DNA from: an uncultured Bacilli bacterium
Lineage (GTDB): Bacteria; Bacillota_I; Bacilli_A; RF39; UBA660
DNA length: 64,000 nucleotides
Assembly: GCA_934091055.1 (NCBI GenBank)
Contig: CAKOKN010000004.1
Location: 2,293-66,292 of the forward strand
Direction: 5' to 3'
Below the pieces are notes generated by a model, which did no database searches, was not told the DNA's origin, and was given only the letters and a program-made list of their open reading frames with translations. Made by a program: the position numbers and the translations under genes. Shown here piece after piece: positions 18,945 to 29,874 of the stretch (positions are counted from its first letter, which is position 1; each line of letters opens with the position of its first letter).

Positions 18945-18973
18945 ATTTTATCTTAGATTTAATTACTTGTCAA
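18945..18973 (-). promoter_or_regulatory. Putative sigma-A promoter of rny
   Basis: On the minus strand: TTGACA, a 17-nt spacer, then TAAAAT. The -35 element sits in the centre of a 9-bp inverted repeat (AATTACTTG.CAAGTAATT). Confidence 0.5.
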
Positions 18974-18984
18974 GTAATTTTAAT

Positions 18985-19015
18985 AAAAGAAAACTTACCA
19001 CAAAAGTAAGTTTCT
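18985..19015 (-). terminator. Intrinsic terminator of gap
   Basis: Stem AAACTTAC / GTAAGTTT, followed on the minus strand by TTTTCTTTT. Confidence 0.55.
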
Positions 19016-19027
19016 AAGTATTATTTA

Positions 19028-20020
19028 TTAATCAATTTCTAATATTTTTTTAGCAGTTCTAACCATTTGTGCAGAATAACCCATCTCATTATCATACCAA
19101 GCTACAACCTTTACAAAATTATTATCAATAATATTAGTTAAAGATAAATCCACTAAAGCACCACATCTACTTCCTATTATATCTGAAGAAACAACAGGAT
19201 CATAAGTTGCTTTTATAGTAGCACTTTGATTATTTAAAAACATATTATTAATATCTTCTATTGTTACATCTTTATTAAGCTCTAAAGTTAAATCTATTAA
19301 AGAACCATCTGATACAGGTACTCTAACAGCTCCTCCTTTTAATTTTCCATCTAAACTTGGAATAACCTTTCCAATTGCAGTAGCAGCTCCTGTTGAAGTT
19401 GGTACTATATTCATAGCACAAGCTCTTCCTCTTCTAGATCTAAAACCTTTCTTATGAGAAACATCCAAAGTTACTTGATCATTAGTATATGCATGTATAG
19501 TAGTCATAAATCCCTTCTTAACACCATAATTATCATCTAATAACTTTAATACTGGAGCAAGACAATTAGTCGTACAAGAAGCCGCAGATATTACCTTATC
19601 TTCTTTATCTACTATATCATCATTAACATTATAAACTATTGTCTTTACATTTCCCTTACAAGGAGCACTAACAAGAACTCTCTTAGCACCTGCTATTATA
19701 TGTTTCATAGCCTCTTCTTCCTTAGTAAATCTACCAGTACACTCAAATACCATATCAATATCTAATTCCTTCCAAGGTAAAGTACTAGGATCACTACAAG
19801 AAGTAACTCTAACTTTCTTTCCTGATACAATAATAGCATTATCATCAAAACTAACTTCTCTATCATAATTTCTATGATTAGTATCATACTTTAATAAATA
19901 AGCAAGTTCTTCTGGAGTAGATAAATCATTTATAGCTACTACATCAAAAAAGTCATCTTCCTCCATAAGTCTAAATACTAATCTTCCTATTCTACCAAAA
20001 CCATTTATTGCTATTTTCAT
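19028..20020 (-). CDS. gap: Glyceraldehyde-3-phosphate dehydrogenase
   Basis: NGFGRIGR NAD-binding motif and catalytic SCTTNCLAP. It is monocistronic here, with no pgk or tpi adjacent. Confidence 0.93.
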   Translation of the reverse strand: MKIAINGFGRIGRLVFRLMEEDDFFDVVAINDLSTPEELAYLLKYDTNHRNYDREVSFDDNAIIVSGKKVRVTSCSDPSTLPWKELDIDMVFECTGRFTKEEEAMKHIIAGAKRVLVSAPCKGNVKTIVYNVNDDIVDKEDKVISAASCTTNCLAPVLKLLDDNYGVKKGFMTTIHAYTNDQVTLDVSHKKGFRSRRGRACAMNIVPTSTGAATAIGKVIPSLDGKLKGGAVRVPVSDGSLIDLTLELNKDVTIEDINNMFLNNQSATIKATYDPVVSSDIIGSRCGALVDLSLTNIIDNNFVKVVAWYDNEMGYSAQMVRTAKKILEID

Positions 20021-20085
20021 CTTATCACCATCCTAACAATATTATATATCATATAATTAAAATATCAAATACTTTTACATAAACT

Positions 20086-21114
20086 TTACAAACTATCTAA
20101 ATTATGAATACTATTATTAATTCCATTAGACAAAATAGTAGTAAGCCTATCTATCAAAAAGTCTATCTCTTTCGGAGTAACTATAAAATTATAATTAATA
20201 GAACTAAGTACTTCATTAATAAGATTTTGTCTTTCACTATCACTAAGTTCTCCAAGTAATCCACTTAAATTCTTCTTTTCTTCTAGTGTAAGAGTTCTAT
20301 CTTTTAATTTTTCTAAATAATTATGTCTAGTTAAAATTAATTTATTCTTATTCTGATTATCTTTTATATAAGAAATATGTTTGAATAAATAATTAATAGT
20401 ATCATATACAATAATAGAGGATTCTACTACTGTTGGAACCCCTACTGCTATAACAGGTATCCCAAGAGTATCAAAACTTATTTCCTTTCTTTGATTTCCA
20501 ACACCACTACCAGGATGAATACCAGTATCTGTTATCTGAATACTTCTGTTTACTCTATCTATTGAAGAAGCTGCTAATGCATCAACAGCAATAACAAAAG
20601 AAGGTGATACTTTATCTATTACTGAAAATACTATTTCAAAAGACTCTATCCCTGTATTAGCCATTACATCAGGTATAACTACTGAAGTACATCTATAAGA
20701 AGAAGATACTTTTTCTCCAAGTAAATATAAATGTCTTGTAACAATAATATTAGATCCAACTCTAGGTCCTAAACTATCCGGAGTACTACTTTCATTACCA
20801 AGACCAACTACTAAAAAAGTAGAATTATCTTTTAATCCCTTCTTTACTAAAAGTTTCTTTAGTTCCTTTGTAAAAACCTCTTCTACTTTAAGACTATTAC
20901 CACTATCAGTAACATCTTCAAACTCTATTGTAATATAATCTCCAGCTTTCTTAGCTAAAAGATTACTATTATCTTCATCTAACACAACAGTAGTAACTAC
21001 AATATCTCCATATTTTTCAACATTCTTAGGTACTTTATAACTACCATTTTCTATCGAATCAAGTACTAAATCAGTCCTAATTTCATACTTTTCTAAATCA
21101 ATTTCATTCCCCAT
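20086..21114 (-). CDS. gpr: Germination protease (spore SASP endopeptidase, GPR)
   Basis: 342 aa. EIRTDLVLDS, LVVGLGN and IAVDALAA are typical of peptidase family A25. It is divergent from rpsT, as in Bacillus. Confidence 0.85.
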   Translation of the reverse strand: MGNEIDLEKYEIRTDLVLDSIENGSYKVPKNVEKYGDIVVTTVVLDEDNSNLLAKKAGDYITIEFEDVTDSGNSLKVEEVFTKELKKLLVKKGLKDNSTFLVVGLGNESSTPDSLGPRVGSNIIVTRHLYLLGEKVSSSYRCTSVVIPDVMANTGIESFEIVFSVIDKVSPSFVIAVDALAASSIDRVNRSIQITDTGIHPGSGVGNQRKEISFDTLGIPVIAVGVPTVVESSIIVYDTINYLFKHISYIKDNQNKNKLILTRHNYLEKLKDRTLTLEEKKNLSGLLGELSDSERQNLINEVLSSINYNFIVTPKEIDFLIDRLTTILSNGINNSIHNLDSL

Positions 21115-21218
21115 AACGCATCACCAATAATATTTTTTACAAAAAACACCTAAAATATTTGCTTTTTTTATATTTTTTTGATAAAATTATAATTAGTTTT
21201 GGAAGGAGATGAATTTTT

Positions 21219-21488
21219 ATGGCAAATGTTAAAAATGCAAAGAAGAAAATAAAACAAATTAAGAAAACTACTTTAGCACATCAACAATTAAAGTCTACTG
21301 TTAAAAACTCTATTAAAGAAACAGATAAAGCTGTTTTAGCAGGAAACAAAGAACTTGCTGAAAAAAGTTTAAAGAAGGCTATCAAAGCTTTAGATAATGC
21401 TAAAGTTAAAGGTTTAGTTCATAAAAATAAAGTTGATAGAGAAAAATCAAGATTAACTAAAAAAGTAAACGTAATGGAAGTAAAATAA
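21219..21488 (+). CDS. rpsT: 30S ribosomal protein S20
   Basis: The N-terminus is MANVKNAKKKIKQIKK. It is a basic 89-aa protein with RBS GGAAGGAG. Confidence 0.93.
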   Translation: MANVKNAKKKIKQIKKTTLAHQQLKSTVKNSIKETDKAVLAGNKELAEKSLKKAIKALDNAKVKGLVHKNKVDREKSRLTKKVNVMEVK

Positions 21489-21517
21489 ATTACTTCTTTT
21501 TTTATTACCATAATACA

Positions 21518-21546
21518 AAAACCATAACACTTATTGTTATGGCTTT
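21518..21546. terminator. Bidirectional terminator between rpsT and the GNAT-like gene
   Basis: Stem CCATAAC / GTTATGG is extended by A/T pairs, with T-runs on both sides. Confidence 0.55.
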
Positions 21547-21555
21547 GATTTTAAA

Positions 21556-22074
21556 TCAATCTATATTGTTATGCATAGATACCCATTTTTTTAAATTATC
21601 ATAACTAATAATATAAAAGTTATCTTTTTCATTTTTAAAACCTATATGTTTGTGAACATCTACACTATGATCATTATTTATTCTACCTCTTATACTCTTT
21701 TTTTCATTATTAATATTAATAAATTCATTATATAAGCCAACTAATGTTTTCTTATCACCCTGATAGTTTTTATCTATTTGAACTTCACACCAATAATAAT
21801 AATCTTTTTCTTCATAGTATTCTAGATAACCTATAACTCTATTATTATAAATACACAGTATCATTTTATATTTCCAATTATCAATATTATTCTCTTTCCA
21901 AACCTCATAATCTTCATCAGTACCATTTTGATTTTCTTTTATTATATTAAACATATCTTTAACATAATTATTAACTGTAACTTTATCAGCATAAACATAA
22001 AATCTTTTATACCAATCATAATTAATAATAGTATTTGCTACATTTCTTTTAAATTTTAATTTATCATTTGTCAT
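21556..22074 (-). CDS. Putative GNAT-family acetyltransferase
   Basis: 172 aa. VQIDKNYQGDKKTLVGLYNEFI resembles the GNAT acetyl-CoA loop (Q/RxxGxG/A). The match is weak. Confidence 0.4.
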   Translation of the reverse strand: MTNDKLKFKRNVANTIINYDWYKRFYVYADKVTVNNYVKDMFNIIKENQNGTDEDYEVWKENNIDNWKYKMILCIYNNRVIGYLEYYEEKDYYYWCEVQIDKNYQGDKKTLVGLYNEFININNEKKSIRGRINNDHSVDVHKHIGFKNEKDNFYIISYDNLKKWVSMHNNID

Positions 22075-22150
22075 TTCAGTATCATTATATATAATATTTT
22101 AATGTTTGTCAATCATAAAACTAACCCAAATCATTTAATTTCCATACAAA

Positions 22151-22210
22151 AAGCCTAATTTGAAGACCTTAGGCTTCAAATTACCTCAAGAAGACCTTAG
22201 GCTTCTGAGG
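22151..22210. repeat. Two tandem hairpins with conserved loop ACCTTAGG
   Basis: TAATTTGAAG-accttagg-CTTCAAATTA (about 22156-22183) and CCTCAAGAAG-accttagg-CTTCTGAGG (about 22184-22210). AAGCCTAA (22151-58) can alternatively pair with TTAGGCTT (22169-76). Confidence 0.7.
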
Positions 22211-22239
22211 CAAAAAAAGAAAGAGAATTAAATCTCTTC

Positions 22240-22398
22240 CTACATCATATTTTCTAGGTCATCAATAGCTTTAGTTTTAGCAGAGTTCATTTTTCTTATC
22301 CATTTCTTCATATTACCATTCTTAATATTATGATATAGAGCGGCTCCTCCCACTCCCATCGAAGCTCCCATTAAAGCTATACCCATTTTGGATTTCAT
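22240..22398 (-). CDS. 52-aa small protein with N-terminal Gly/Ala-rich hydrophobic segment (not in ORF track)
   Basis: AAGGAGTG RBS, then ATG. Sequence is MKSKMGIALMGASMGVGGAALYHNIKNGNMKKWIRKMNSAKTKAIDDLENMM. It is followed by its own terminator (AAGAGA..TCTCTT plus T-run, about 22215-22238). Confidence 0.5.
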   Translation of the reverse strand: MKSKMGIALMGASMGVGGAALYHNIKNGNMKKWIRKMNSAKTKAIDDLENMM

Positions 22399-22483
22399 TA
22401 TATCACTCCTTCAAAATATGACAGTATTTAATACACTATTATTAAATACCACTAATATTATCACCCAATAAATAACTTTTATA

Positions 22484-24673
22484 CTAATTATTATAATTAT
22501 TTATAATAAAATCCTTCAAAGTAGTCTTCCTATTATCAACATAATCATTATTAATACCATATATCAAAGAATTAGCCTCTCCCACTATAACAAGACTTTT
22601 CTTAGCTCTAGTAACTCCCGTATAAACAAGTTTATTATAAAGCATTCTCTTAAAATTAGAAGTAATAGGCATAATAACAGTATCAAACTCACTACCCTGA
22701 GCTTTATGTATACTAATAGCATACCCATGTCTAAAATTAATAAACTTATCCGGAGTATAATTTACAATATTACCATCATAATTAATACTAATCTGATTAG
22801 CTATCTTCTTACCACTAGAAATACTAATCTCTTCTATATAACCAATATCCCCATTATAAACATTATTATCTGGATCATTAACCAATTGAAGTACTTTATC
22901 ACATTCCCTATAAATAACATCTCTAAGTACTATCTCTTTCTTATTATCACTAGAAGGATTAAATAACTCCTGTAGCATAACATTCAAATTATCAATACCA
23001 TTATTAGACTTATACATCGGAGCCAATACTTGTACTTCCATATCACTATATCCCTTACTTATAGCTTTAGATACCACTTCTTTAACATAAGATAAAGTAT
23101 TATCATTATCACTACTAATAAATAAATAATCATCCTTCTTTATAAATAAATCTTCACTAATATTCTTACTCTTAATATCATAAGCCAAATTAAGTATATA
23201 AGATCCTTCTGTCTGTCTATATATTTTATTTAACTTAATAACAGGAATACAATCACTATCTATTAAATCTTTAAGTACCTGTCCCTCTGCCACACTAGGA
23301 AGCTGATAATAATCTCCTACCAATATCAAATGAACATCTCTTCTAATTCCTTTTAATAAAGCTTCCATAAGTAATGTATCAATCATACTAACTTCATCTA
23401 CTATAACATATTTATTACTCTTCGGAGAATACTCATTAGTAGTAAAAGTATTACTTTCTTTATCCCATCCTAAAAACTTATGTATAGTACTAGCACTAAT
23501 ACCAGTAGTCTCCATCATCTTCTTCGCTGCTCTACCAGTCGGAGCCAATAGTGCAATATCTGTATCTTTTATCTTCTTACTATCCATAATAATATTAACA
23601 ATAGCTTTAATAATAGTAGTCTTCCCTGTACCAGGACCTCCTGTTATAATAGTAATATTATTATTAACACCACTCTCTATAGCTTTAACTTGTACTTCAT
23701 CATAACAAATATTATTAAATTTACCATTATCAATATACTTCATAATACTAGTATTCCCCATAACAGGCATATCATTCAAAAAACATATTCTCTCACATAT
23801 ATACTTCTCTGCATCATAAAACTTCTTTAAATAATACCTCTTATCCTCCACTATTACTTTCTTATCTCTAACTAACTGAAGAATATAATAATCTATCTTC
23901 TCTTCAGTAAGACTAACATAACTAGATAAATTAAAAGATATCTCTTCATAACTTAAATATGTATCTCCATTATTAAAACACAAACTCTTCATAACATAAA
24001 TAATAAGTGCTTTAACTCTTCGATCATCATCTTCTTCTATTCCCATATTAATAGCAATTTCATCTATCTTAGTAAAAGAAATATCATCACTATCAATAAG
24101 ATCATATATATTATTATTAACAGTATCTAATATTTTATTATTATATTTATTTAAAAAACTAAGAGACTCTTTTGTATCAAAACCAAGTTTAGTAAGTTCC
24201 ATAACTATACTAGAAGTACTCTGATAATCTTTAAGTACTTCATATATCTTATCTATCTTCTTTTCATTAAGTCTAGGTATTAACTGAAGACAATCCTTAT
24301 TTTCAAGTATTTTATTAATAGTATCTTCTTTAAACTTATCTACTATCTTCTCCGCAGTCTTCTCTCCTATTGGAAATAAATCACTAGATAAAAAAGTAAT
24401 AAGTTCTTCCTCCTTAGTAGGAAGGCTAGTATCAAAAGTACTAACAGCCATCTGAAGACCATACTTAGGATGATTAACCATCTCTCCATATAATATATAA
24501 TCTTTCTTATCACTAAGTTTAGGAAGAGTACCAGTAAAATTTATTATATCTCCTACTTCTATATCATCTATATTAGTCTCTTTAACTTTAAATAGACCAA
24601 CCATATAACTATTCATTTCATTACGATATATCTCTTTATATAAATTACCTCTAATAAAACTACCCTCTTGCAT
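22484..24673 (-). CDS. recD2: ATP-dependent RecD2-like DNA helicase
   Basis: SF1 motifs are GGPGTGKTT, VDEVSMID, GDYYQLPSV and SIHKAQGSEF. Confidence 0.9.
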   Translation of the reverse strand: MQEGSFIRGNLYKEIYRNEMNSYMVGLFKVKETNIDDIEVGDIINFTGTLPKLSDKKDYILYGEMVNHPKYGLQMAVSTFDTSLPTKEEELITFLSSDLFPIGEKTAEKIVDKFKEDTINKILENKDCLQLIPRLNEKKIDKIYEVLKDYQSTSSIVMELTKLGFDTKESLSFLNKYNNKILDTVNNNIYDLIDSDDISFTKIDEIAINMGIEEDDDRRVKALIIYVMKSLCFNNGDTYLSYEEISFNLSSYVSLTEEKIDYYILQLVRDKKVIVEDKRYYLKKFYDAEKYICERICFLNDMPVMGNTSIMKYIDNGKFNNICYDEVQVKAIESGVNNNITIITGGPGTGKTTIIKAIVNIIMDSKKIKDTDIALLAPTGRAAKKMMETTGISASTIHKFLGWDKESNTFTTNEYSPKSNKYVIVDEVSMIDTLLMEALLKGIRRDVHLILVGDYYQLPSVAEGQVLKDLIDSDCIPVIKLNKIYRQTEGSYILNLAYDIKSKNISEDLFIKKDDYLFISSDNDNTLSYVKEVVSKAISKGYSDMEVQVLAPMYKSNNGIDNLNVMLQELFNPSSDNKKEIVLRDVIYRECDKVLQLVNDPDNNVYNGDIGYIEEISISSGKKIANQISINYDGNIVNYTPDKFINFRHGYAISIHKAQGSEFDTVIMPITSNFKRMLYNKLVYTGVTRAKKSLVIVGEANSLIYGINNDYVDNRKTTLKDFIINNYNN

Positions 24674-24734
24674 ATAATACCTCTTTTCTAACTAATTATA
24701 ACAGTTTACCATTCCAAAGTAAATAGAAAAAGAA

Positions 24735-25619
24735 CTATCTTTTTAGACTTTGATAGTTCATAATTAAATCACTAGTTTTATACAAATAATCTATATTTTT
24801 ATTTATCTTTATACACATCTGATACTCATTATTTTCAATCTCTATCTTCATAGGAACCGCCATATAAGTAAATAAAAGTAATCTCTCATCTTCCTTTAAA
24901 GGATAACTAGCTTCATAATAAGAAAACAAATCATCAAAATCAAACTCTAAGTAATGATTTTTATAAAAAGATAACAAATCATATATAGGACTATCTATCC
25001 TACTCTTATTCCAGCTAATTAAATAAGGTTTATCACTCTTAATATAATGATCTAAATTAACATTATTATGAATATAAGCTACTCGCTCATTCTTATTATC
25101 CTCTTTCAATTTATACCACTTTTCTATATTATCTCTAGCAAAATATATACTCTCAAATATAATATTAATATTTCTAGCTATCAAATATGAAGAAGGAGCC
25201 ATATATACTTCTTTAGTAATAAGTTCTATCAAATCCTGATAATAATTATCTAAATATTCCAATTCTTCAATAAGATCTTCATATATCTTCTTATTATTAT
25301 CTACATCTACCTCTCTATAAAAAGTAGTCTTACTATGTAAAAGACTAAGTAAATGCATCAAATCCATAGCCTTTTGCTCTCTAGGTTCATAACTATCTCT
25401 AATATAAGGATATACTTCATACTTATCATTCTTATCAATAATATTAGGAAAATAATCAAAAGATCTAGAACTTAAATAATTATAATATTTATCTATATCT
25501 TCCTTTTCTCTATTCTTAATAACTAACTTATCATCCGCAATAGTAGCTCCACTCTTAATAGTAAACTTACTAATAGGAATATTATACTTATCAAGTATAT
25601 TCTTAATTTCTCTATTCAC
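24735..25619 (-). CDS. CotS/YsxE-like spore coat kinase-fold protein
   Basis: 294 aa. Its GTG start overlaps the end of the spoVID-like gene, matching the spoVID-ysxE synteny of B. subtilis. It has an APH/CotS-like region (IHNNVNLDH). Confidence 0.55.
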   Translation of the reverse strand: MNREIKNILDKYNIPISKFTIKSGATIADDKLVIKNREKEDIDKYYNYLSSRSFDYFPNIIDKNDKYEVYPYIRDSYEPREQKAMDLMHLLSLLHSKTTFYREVDVDNNKKIYEDLIEELEYLDNYYQDLIELITKEVYMAPSSYLIARNINIIFESIYFARDNIEKWYKLKEDNKNERVAYIHNNVNLDHYIKSDKPYLISWNKSRIDSPIYDLLSFYKNHYLEFDFDDLFSYYEASYPLKEDERLLLFTYMAVPMKIEIENNEYQMCIKINKNIDYLYKTSDLIMNYQSLKR

Positions 25620-26322
25620 GAGTCTTTGGAATAATAATCTTATCTCCTACTTTAATATCTGTTATATCATTATAATACTCTAAATCCTCTTTAGTTATAC
25701 TATATCTAGTAATAATCTTATCTATAGTATCTTCTTCCTTAACAATATAAACATAATAAGTAGTATAAGTCTCAGTATTATCTAAATTAGAAAACAAATC
25801 TTGTTCTATACTAGAACTATCACTATCTTCTTCTATTTTATTATTATCTATTACATTAGTTCTATCAGTATCCACTTTATCTATAGTAGTACTTCGATCA
25901 TTAAGTTCTATAACATCAACTAATTCTTCATCTTTATTATCCTCTATAACTTCCTCTACTTCTTGTTCTTCTTCCTTTTTATCCTCTATAGGTTCAGGTA
26001 GATAATCAGCCTCTATAAATAAATCAATATTAACTTTTAAAGTATCTTCATTCTTAATATCATAATAAAAGTCCTCTATATCAGTATTAACAGTACTAAT
26101 ATCATATCTAGGATCTAAAGTAATATCAAAAGGTAAATCAAAAGAAAACTTCTCTCTATTAATAGATCCCTCATTCATTTTATAGTCCCCAGTAATATAA
26201 AAAGTACCTGTAATAACTCCCTCATCAGTAACTTTTATATCTCTTTCTAATGATATAGAAGTAATATCACTAACTTTAGTTTTAAATGGTAATTCCTTTT
26301 TAAATGGTACAATCTGTTTCAT
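25612..26322 (-). CDS. spoVID: SpoVID-like spore coat morphogenetic protein (N-terminal SPOCS/DUF3794-like region plus C-terminal LysM)
   Basis: SDITSISLERDIKVTDEGVITGTFYITGDY parallels the B. subtilis SpoVID N-terminus. It has an acidic middle and a C-terminal LysM (YYVYIVKEEDTIDKIITRY...VGDKIIIP). The start was moved to ATG 26322; the listed ORF begins at TTG 26340. Confidence 0.7.
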   Translation of the reverse strand: MKQIVPFKKELPFKTKVSDITSISLERDIKVTDEGVITGTFYITGDYKMNEGSINREKFSFDLPFDITLDPRYDISTVNTDIEDFYYDIKNEDTLKVNIDLFIEADYLPEPIEDKKEEEQEVEEVIEDNKDEELVDVIELNDRSTTIDKVDTDRTNVIDNNKIEEDSDSSSIEQDLFSNLDNTETYTTYYVYIVKEEDTIDKIITRYSITKEDLEYYNDITDIKVGDKIIIPKTRE

Positions 26323-26386
26323 ATAAACACATCCTTTCAATAAAAGATATGAATAAATAAAAAAAATATGAAATAAATATCTAATT

Positions 26387-27064
26387 TCATACTTTTAATA
26401 TATCACTAATTATTTTAATATTCCTCTTTATTCTAAGTTTATAGAAGTAATGTCCCTTTTTAATATTACTTAGAATTATCTTATTAGTATTAAGTTCTTT
26501 TTTATACTTTAAAATAAATAAATTATCAATATTATTCTTAAGTATAGGTCCTAAATATAAATCACTATAACTATACCACTTCTTACCCTTTTTAAATACA
26601 ATAACTGTATAAATAATATCTTTATCTTTAACTAACTTCTCACTATCTATATAATAACCAATACTAGTAATATTACGTCTTAAAAAATATAAATCAGTAT
26701 TACTTTGAATAACTATCTTATTAACACTCTTTAACTTATCAAGAGAATATTTAAGTATACCCACTATAGTATTAGATCCAAGACCTGACATAACTATAGT
26801 ATCTATTTTTTCATCATTAATAACTGCTAATCCATTACCAAGTCTAACATCAATTCTATCACTCAAATTAGCATTCTTAATATTAGTAATAGCACTACTT
26901 AAAGCATTACTATTAACATCACTAGCTATTATCTTACTATTTTTATATTTATTAGCTAAATATATAGACAAAAAAGCGTGATCACAACCAATATCTATAA
27001 TATATTTATCATTATCATCTATATAATCTGCGATCACTCTAAGTCTAGGAGATAATTTATTCAT
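26387..27064 (-). CDS. trmK: tRNA (adenine22-N1)-methyltransferase
   Basis: Class I SAM-MTase motif IIDIGCDHA. It lies immediately downstream of, and overlapping, sigA, as for B. subtilis trmK (yqfN). Confidence 0.75.
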   Translation of the reverse strand: MNKLSPRLRVIADYIDDNDKYIIDIGCDHAFLSIYLANKYKNSKIIASDVNSNALSSAITNIKNANLSDRIDVRLGNGLAVINDEKIDTIVMSGLGSNTIVGILKYSLDKLKSVNKIVIQSNTDLYFLRRNITSIGYYIDSEKLVKDKDIIYTVIVFKKGKKWYSYSDLYLGPILKNNIDNLFILKYKKELNTNKIILSNIKKGHYFYKLRIKRNIKIISDILKV

Positions 27065-28154
27065 TTAAAAAGTCCTTTAATTTTCTACTTCTAGAAGGAT
27101 GTCTTAACTTTCTAAGAGCTTTAGCCTCTATTTGTCTAATTCTCTCTCTAGTAACTCCAAACATTTGACCAACTTCCTCTAATGTTTTAGAAGACCCATC
27201 ATCTAAACCAAATCTAAGTCTAAGTACTTGTTCTTCTCTTTCAGTAAGTGTAAGAAGTACATCACTAATCTCTTCTTTTAACATTTCGTGAATAGTAAAA
27301 TCCTCCGGAGACATATTACTCTCATCAGGTACAAAATCACCTAAATGAGAATCCTCTTCTTCACCAATCGGAGTTTCTAAAGATACTGGATCTTGAGCTA
27401 TCTTAATAACCTCTCTTATCTTCTCTGGTGTCATTCCCATCTTTTCTGCAAGTTCTTCATCAGTAGGTTCTCTATTTAACTCAAGAGTAAGTTGTCTTTG
27501 AAATCTAGATAACTTATTAATAGTTTCAACCATATGTACAGGTACCCTAATAGTTCTAGCTTGATCTGCAATTGCTCTAGTAATAGCTTGTCTAATCCAC
27601 CAAGTAGCATAAGTACTAAACTTATAACCCTTATTAGCATCAAACTTCTCAACAGCCTTCATAAGACCAATATTACCCTCTTGAATCAAATCAAGAAATA
27701 ACATACCTCTACCAACATACCTCTTAGCAATAGATACAACAAGTCTTAAATTAGACTCTGCTAATCTATTCTTAGCAACTTCATCCCCTTGTGCTATCTT
27801 CTCAGATAATTCAGTTTCCTCCTCTAAAGAAAGCAAACTAATCTTACCAATCTCTTTCAAGTACATTCTAACTGGATCATTAATAGTAAGTTCTTTAGCA
27901 ATATTATCATCTTTTAATATATCCTCTAAATTACCACCATTATCTTCTTCACCATCATCTTCTAAGTCAGATTCCGAAACAACACTAATATCATTTTCCA
28001 TAAGTGAATTATAAAGTTCATCTAATAAGTCACTACCAATTTCAAGTCCTTTTAACTCTTCTGCTAATTCCTCATAAGTAATAAAACCTAACTCTTTACC
28101 CTTCTTGATCAAATTCTCTTTTCTTTGTTCAAAATCTTTAATCTCTGATACCAT
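27057..28154 (-). CDS. sigA: RNA polymerase primary sigma factor
   Basis: Regions 1.2 to 4.2 are present: [22 protein letters not shown] and [30 protein letters not shown]. It overlaps dnaG. Confidence 0.96.
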   Translation of the reverse strand: MVSEIKDFEQRKENLIKKGKELGFITYEELAEELKGLEIGSDLLDELYNSLMENDISVVSESDLEDDGEEDNGGNLEDILKDDNIAKELTINDPVRMYLKEIGKISLLSLEEETELSEKIAQGDEVAKNRLAESNLRLVVSIAKRYVGRGMLFLDLIQEGNIGLMKAVEKFDANKGYKFSTYATWWIRQAITRAIADQARTIRVPVHMVETINKLSRFQRQLTLELNREPTDEELAEKMGMTPEKIREVIKIAQDPVSLETPIGEEEDSHLGDFVPDESNMSPEDFTIHEMLKEEISDVLLTLTEREEQVLRLRFGLDDGSSKTLEEVGQMFGVTRERIRQIEAKALRKLRHPSRSRKLKDFLNE

Positions 28155-29874
28155 ATTTCTTCACTCCCCTTATTTCCATAATTTCTTCAGATATTTTTGC
28201 TTGTTTCAAAGGATCCTTCTCTTCTTTTAACATTTTGTTTAAACTATCTATCTTTACTTTTTTATGATACTCATTTATAACAAAAATATAATCTTCTATC
28301 TCTCTTACTTCAAACTCCTCTTTTATATCCATAGCAATAATATCTTTTAAGGCATTAAGTATTTCCTCTCTATCAGATATATAACTAATAAAGTCAGCGA
28401 CATTTATTATACCATATTTATGAAAATAGTAAATAATTTCATTAGATAATTCTCGAATATTTTTAGTAGGAAAATATCCAACTCTTTTATCAACCATCTC
28501 TATAACACTACTATCTTTAAGCATATAATAAATAAGATTATTCTCAGCTTGTCTATATTTATCATAACTCTTATGTTCTTTTACTATATTCTTAGAAATA
28601 ATTTTTTGACTCTTCTTCATATTATTATACTTATCCATCAAAGTACTATAATCTATATTAAAATTATTAGCAAGCTTCTTTATATTAAGCTCTATAACAA
28701 TACTATCTTTTTCATAAGCTAATTCATTCATAACTAAATTAATATAAGAAGATATATCTTTAATATTACTAAAGTCTTTATTCTTCTTAAGTAGTTCCAT
28801 CTTATAATCAATTAGATTACTAGCAAACTTAATTTGTGAAATAAAACTATCTTTTCCCTCTTTAAGTATATATTCATCAGGATCCATTCCATTAGGAAGT
28901 CTAACTACTTTAATGTTTAAATTAGTATCTTCAAGTAATTCAATTGCTGCATTAGTAGCCTTCTCCCCTGCAGCATCACCATCAAAACATAAAATAACTG
29001 TATTAGCCATATTTTTAATAATATTTTTATGATCTTTAGTAAGTGCTGTTCCCATAGTAGCTATAACATTATCTATACCAATAGTAGAAGCTCTAATAAC
29101 ATCCATTTGACCTTCCATAATAATTATCGTATCATTTTTCTTCAAATATTCTTTAGCTATATGATAATTATAAAGTATCTTACCCTTTTTAAACTTATTA
29201 GTTTCCTTAGTGTTAATATATTTAGAAGTATCTTTAGTATTATATATCCTCCCAGAAAAAGCAACTGGATTACCTCCTAGATCATATATAGGAAATACTA
29301 TTCTATTTATAAATATATCACTACCATTATCATTAGATATACCCGCTGTAATAAGTTCATCTAAAGTATAATTCTTACTAAGTAAATATTCAGTAAGAGA
29401 AGCCTTCTGCATAGAAAGACCAATACCAAACTTCTTTATAGTATCTTTATCTATCTTTCTATTCTCTAAGTAATCAATAGCATTCTTACCTAAAGTACTA
29501 AATAAACTATTTTGATAAAACTTACTAGCATAATTATATATTTCAAAATACTTATCTTTCTTTTCACTCTTTATTACATTACTACCTACTGATATACCTG
29601 CTTTATCTCCTAATAACTTAACTGCCTCAGCAAATGATATATGTTCAAAGTCTGCTACAAAAGTAAATACATTACCACTAGCACCACAAGAAAAACAAGT
29701 ATATATTTGTTTTTCAGGACTAACACTCATACTTGGTGAATGATCATCGTGAAAGGGACAAACTCCTATATAATTCTTACCTTTCTTAGTAAGATTAACA
29801 TATTTTGATACTACATCTACTATATCAGTCTTATTTCTTATTTCATTAATAACATCATTACTGATATAAGCCAT
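28138..29874 (-). CDS. dnaG: DNA primase
   Basis: CHC2 zinc finger ([13 protein letters not shown]...CFSCG) and TOPRIM ([15 protein letters not shown]). RBS is AAGGAGTG. Confidence 0.95.
   Translation of the reverse strand: MAYISNDVINEIRNKTDIVDVVSKYVNLTKKGKNYIGVCPFHDDHSPSMSVSPEKQIYTCFSCGASGNVFTFVADFEHISFAEAVKLLGDKAGISVGSNVIKSEKKDKYFEIYNYASKFYQNSLFSTLGKNAIDYLENRKIDKDTIKKFGIGLSMQKASLTEYLLSKNYTLDELITAGISNDNGSDIFINRIVFPIYDLGGNPVAFSGRIYNTKDTSKYINTKETNKFKKGKILYNYHIAKEYLKKNDTIIIMEGQMDVIRASTIGIDNVIATMGTALTKDHKNIIKNMANTVILCFDGDAAGEKATNAAIELLEDTNLNIKVVRLPNGMDPDEYILKEGKDSFISQIKFASNLIDYKMELLKKNKDFSNIKDISSYINLVMNELAYEKDSIVIELNIKKLANNFNIDYSTLMDKYNNMKKSQKIISKNIVKEHKSYDKYRQAENNLIYYMLKDSSVIEMVDKRVGYFPTKNIRELSNEIIYYFHKYGIINVADFISYISDREEILNALKDIIAMDIKEEFEVREIEDYIFVINEYHKKVKIDSLNKMLKEEKDPLKQAKISEEIMEIRGVKKYGIRD

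Noticed and set aside
22151-22210. The conserved-loop hairpins might be simple Rho-independent terminators.
   Set aside because: This is only partly rejected. Most copies lack an adjacent U-tract, occur in tandem next to a separate canonical terminator, and appear in both orientations relative to transcription. Plain termination therefore does not explain the invariant loop, and they are kept as a repeat-family finding.
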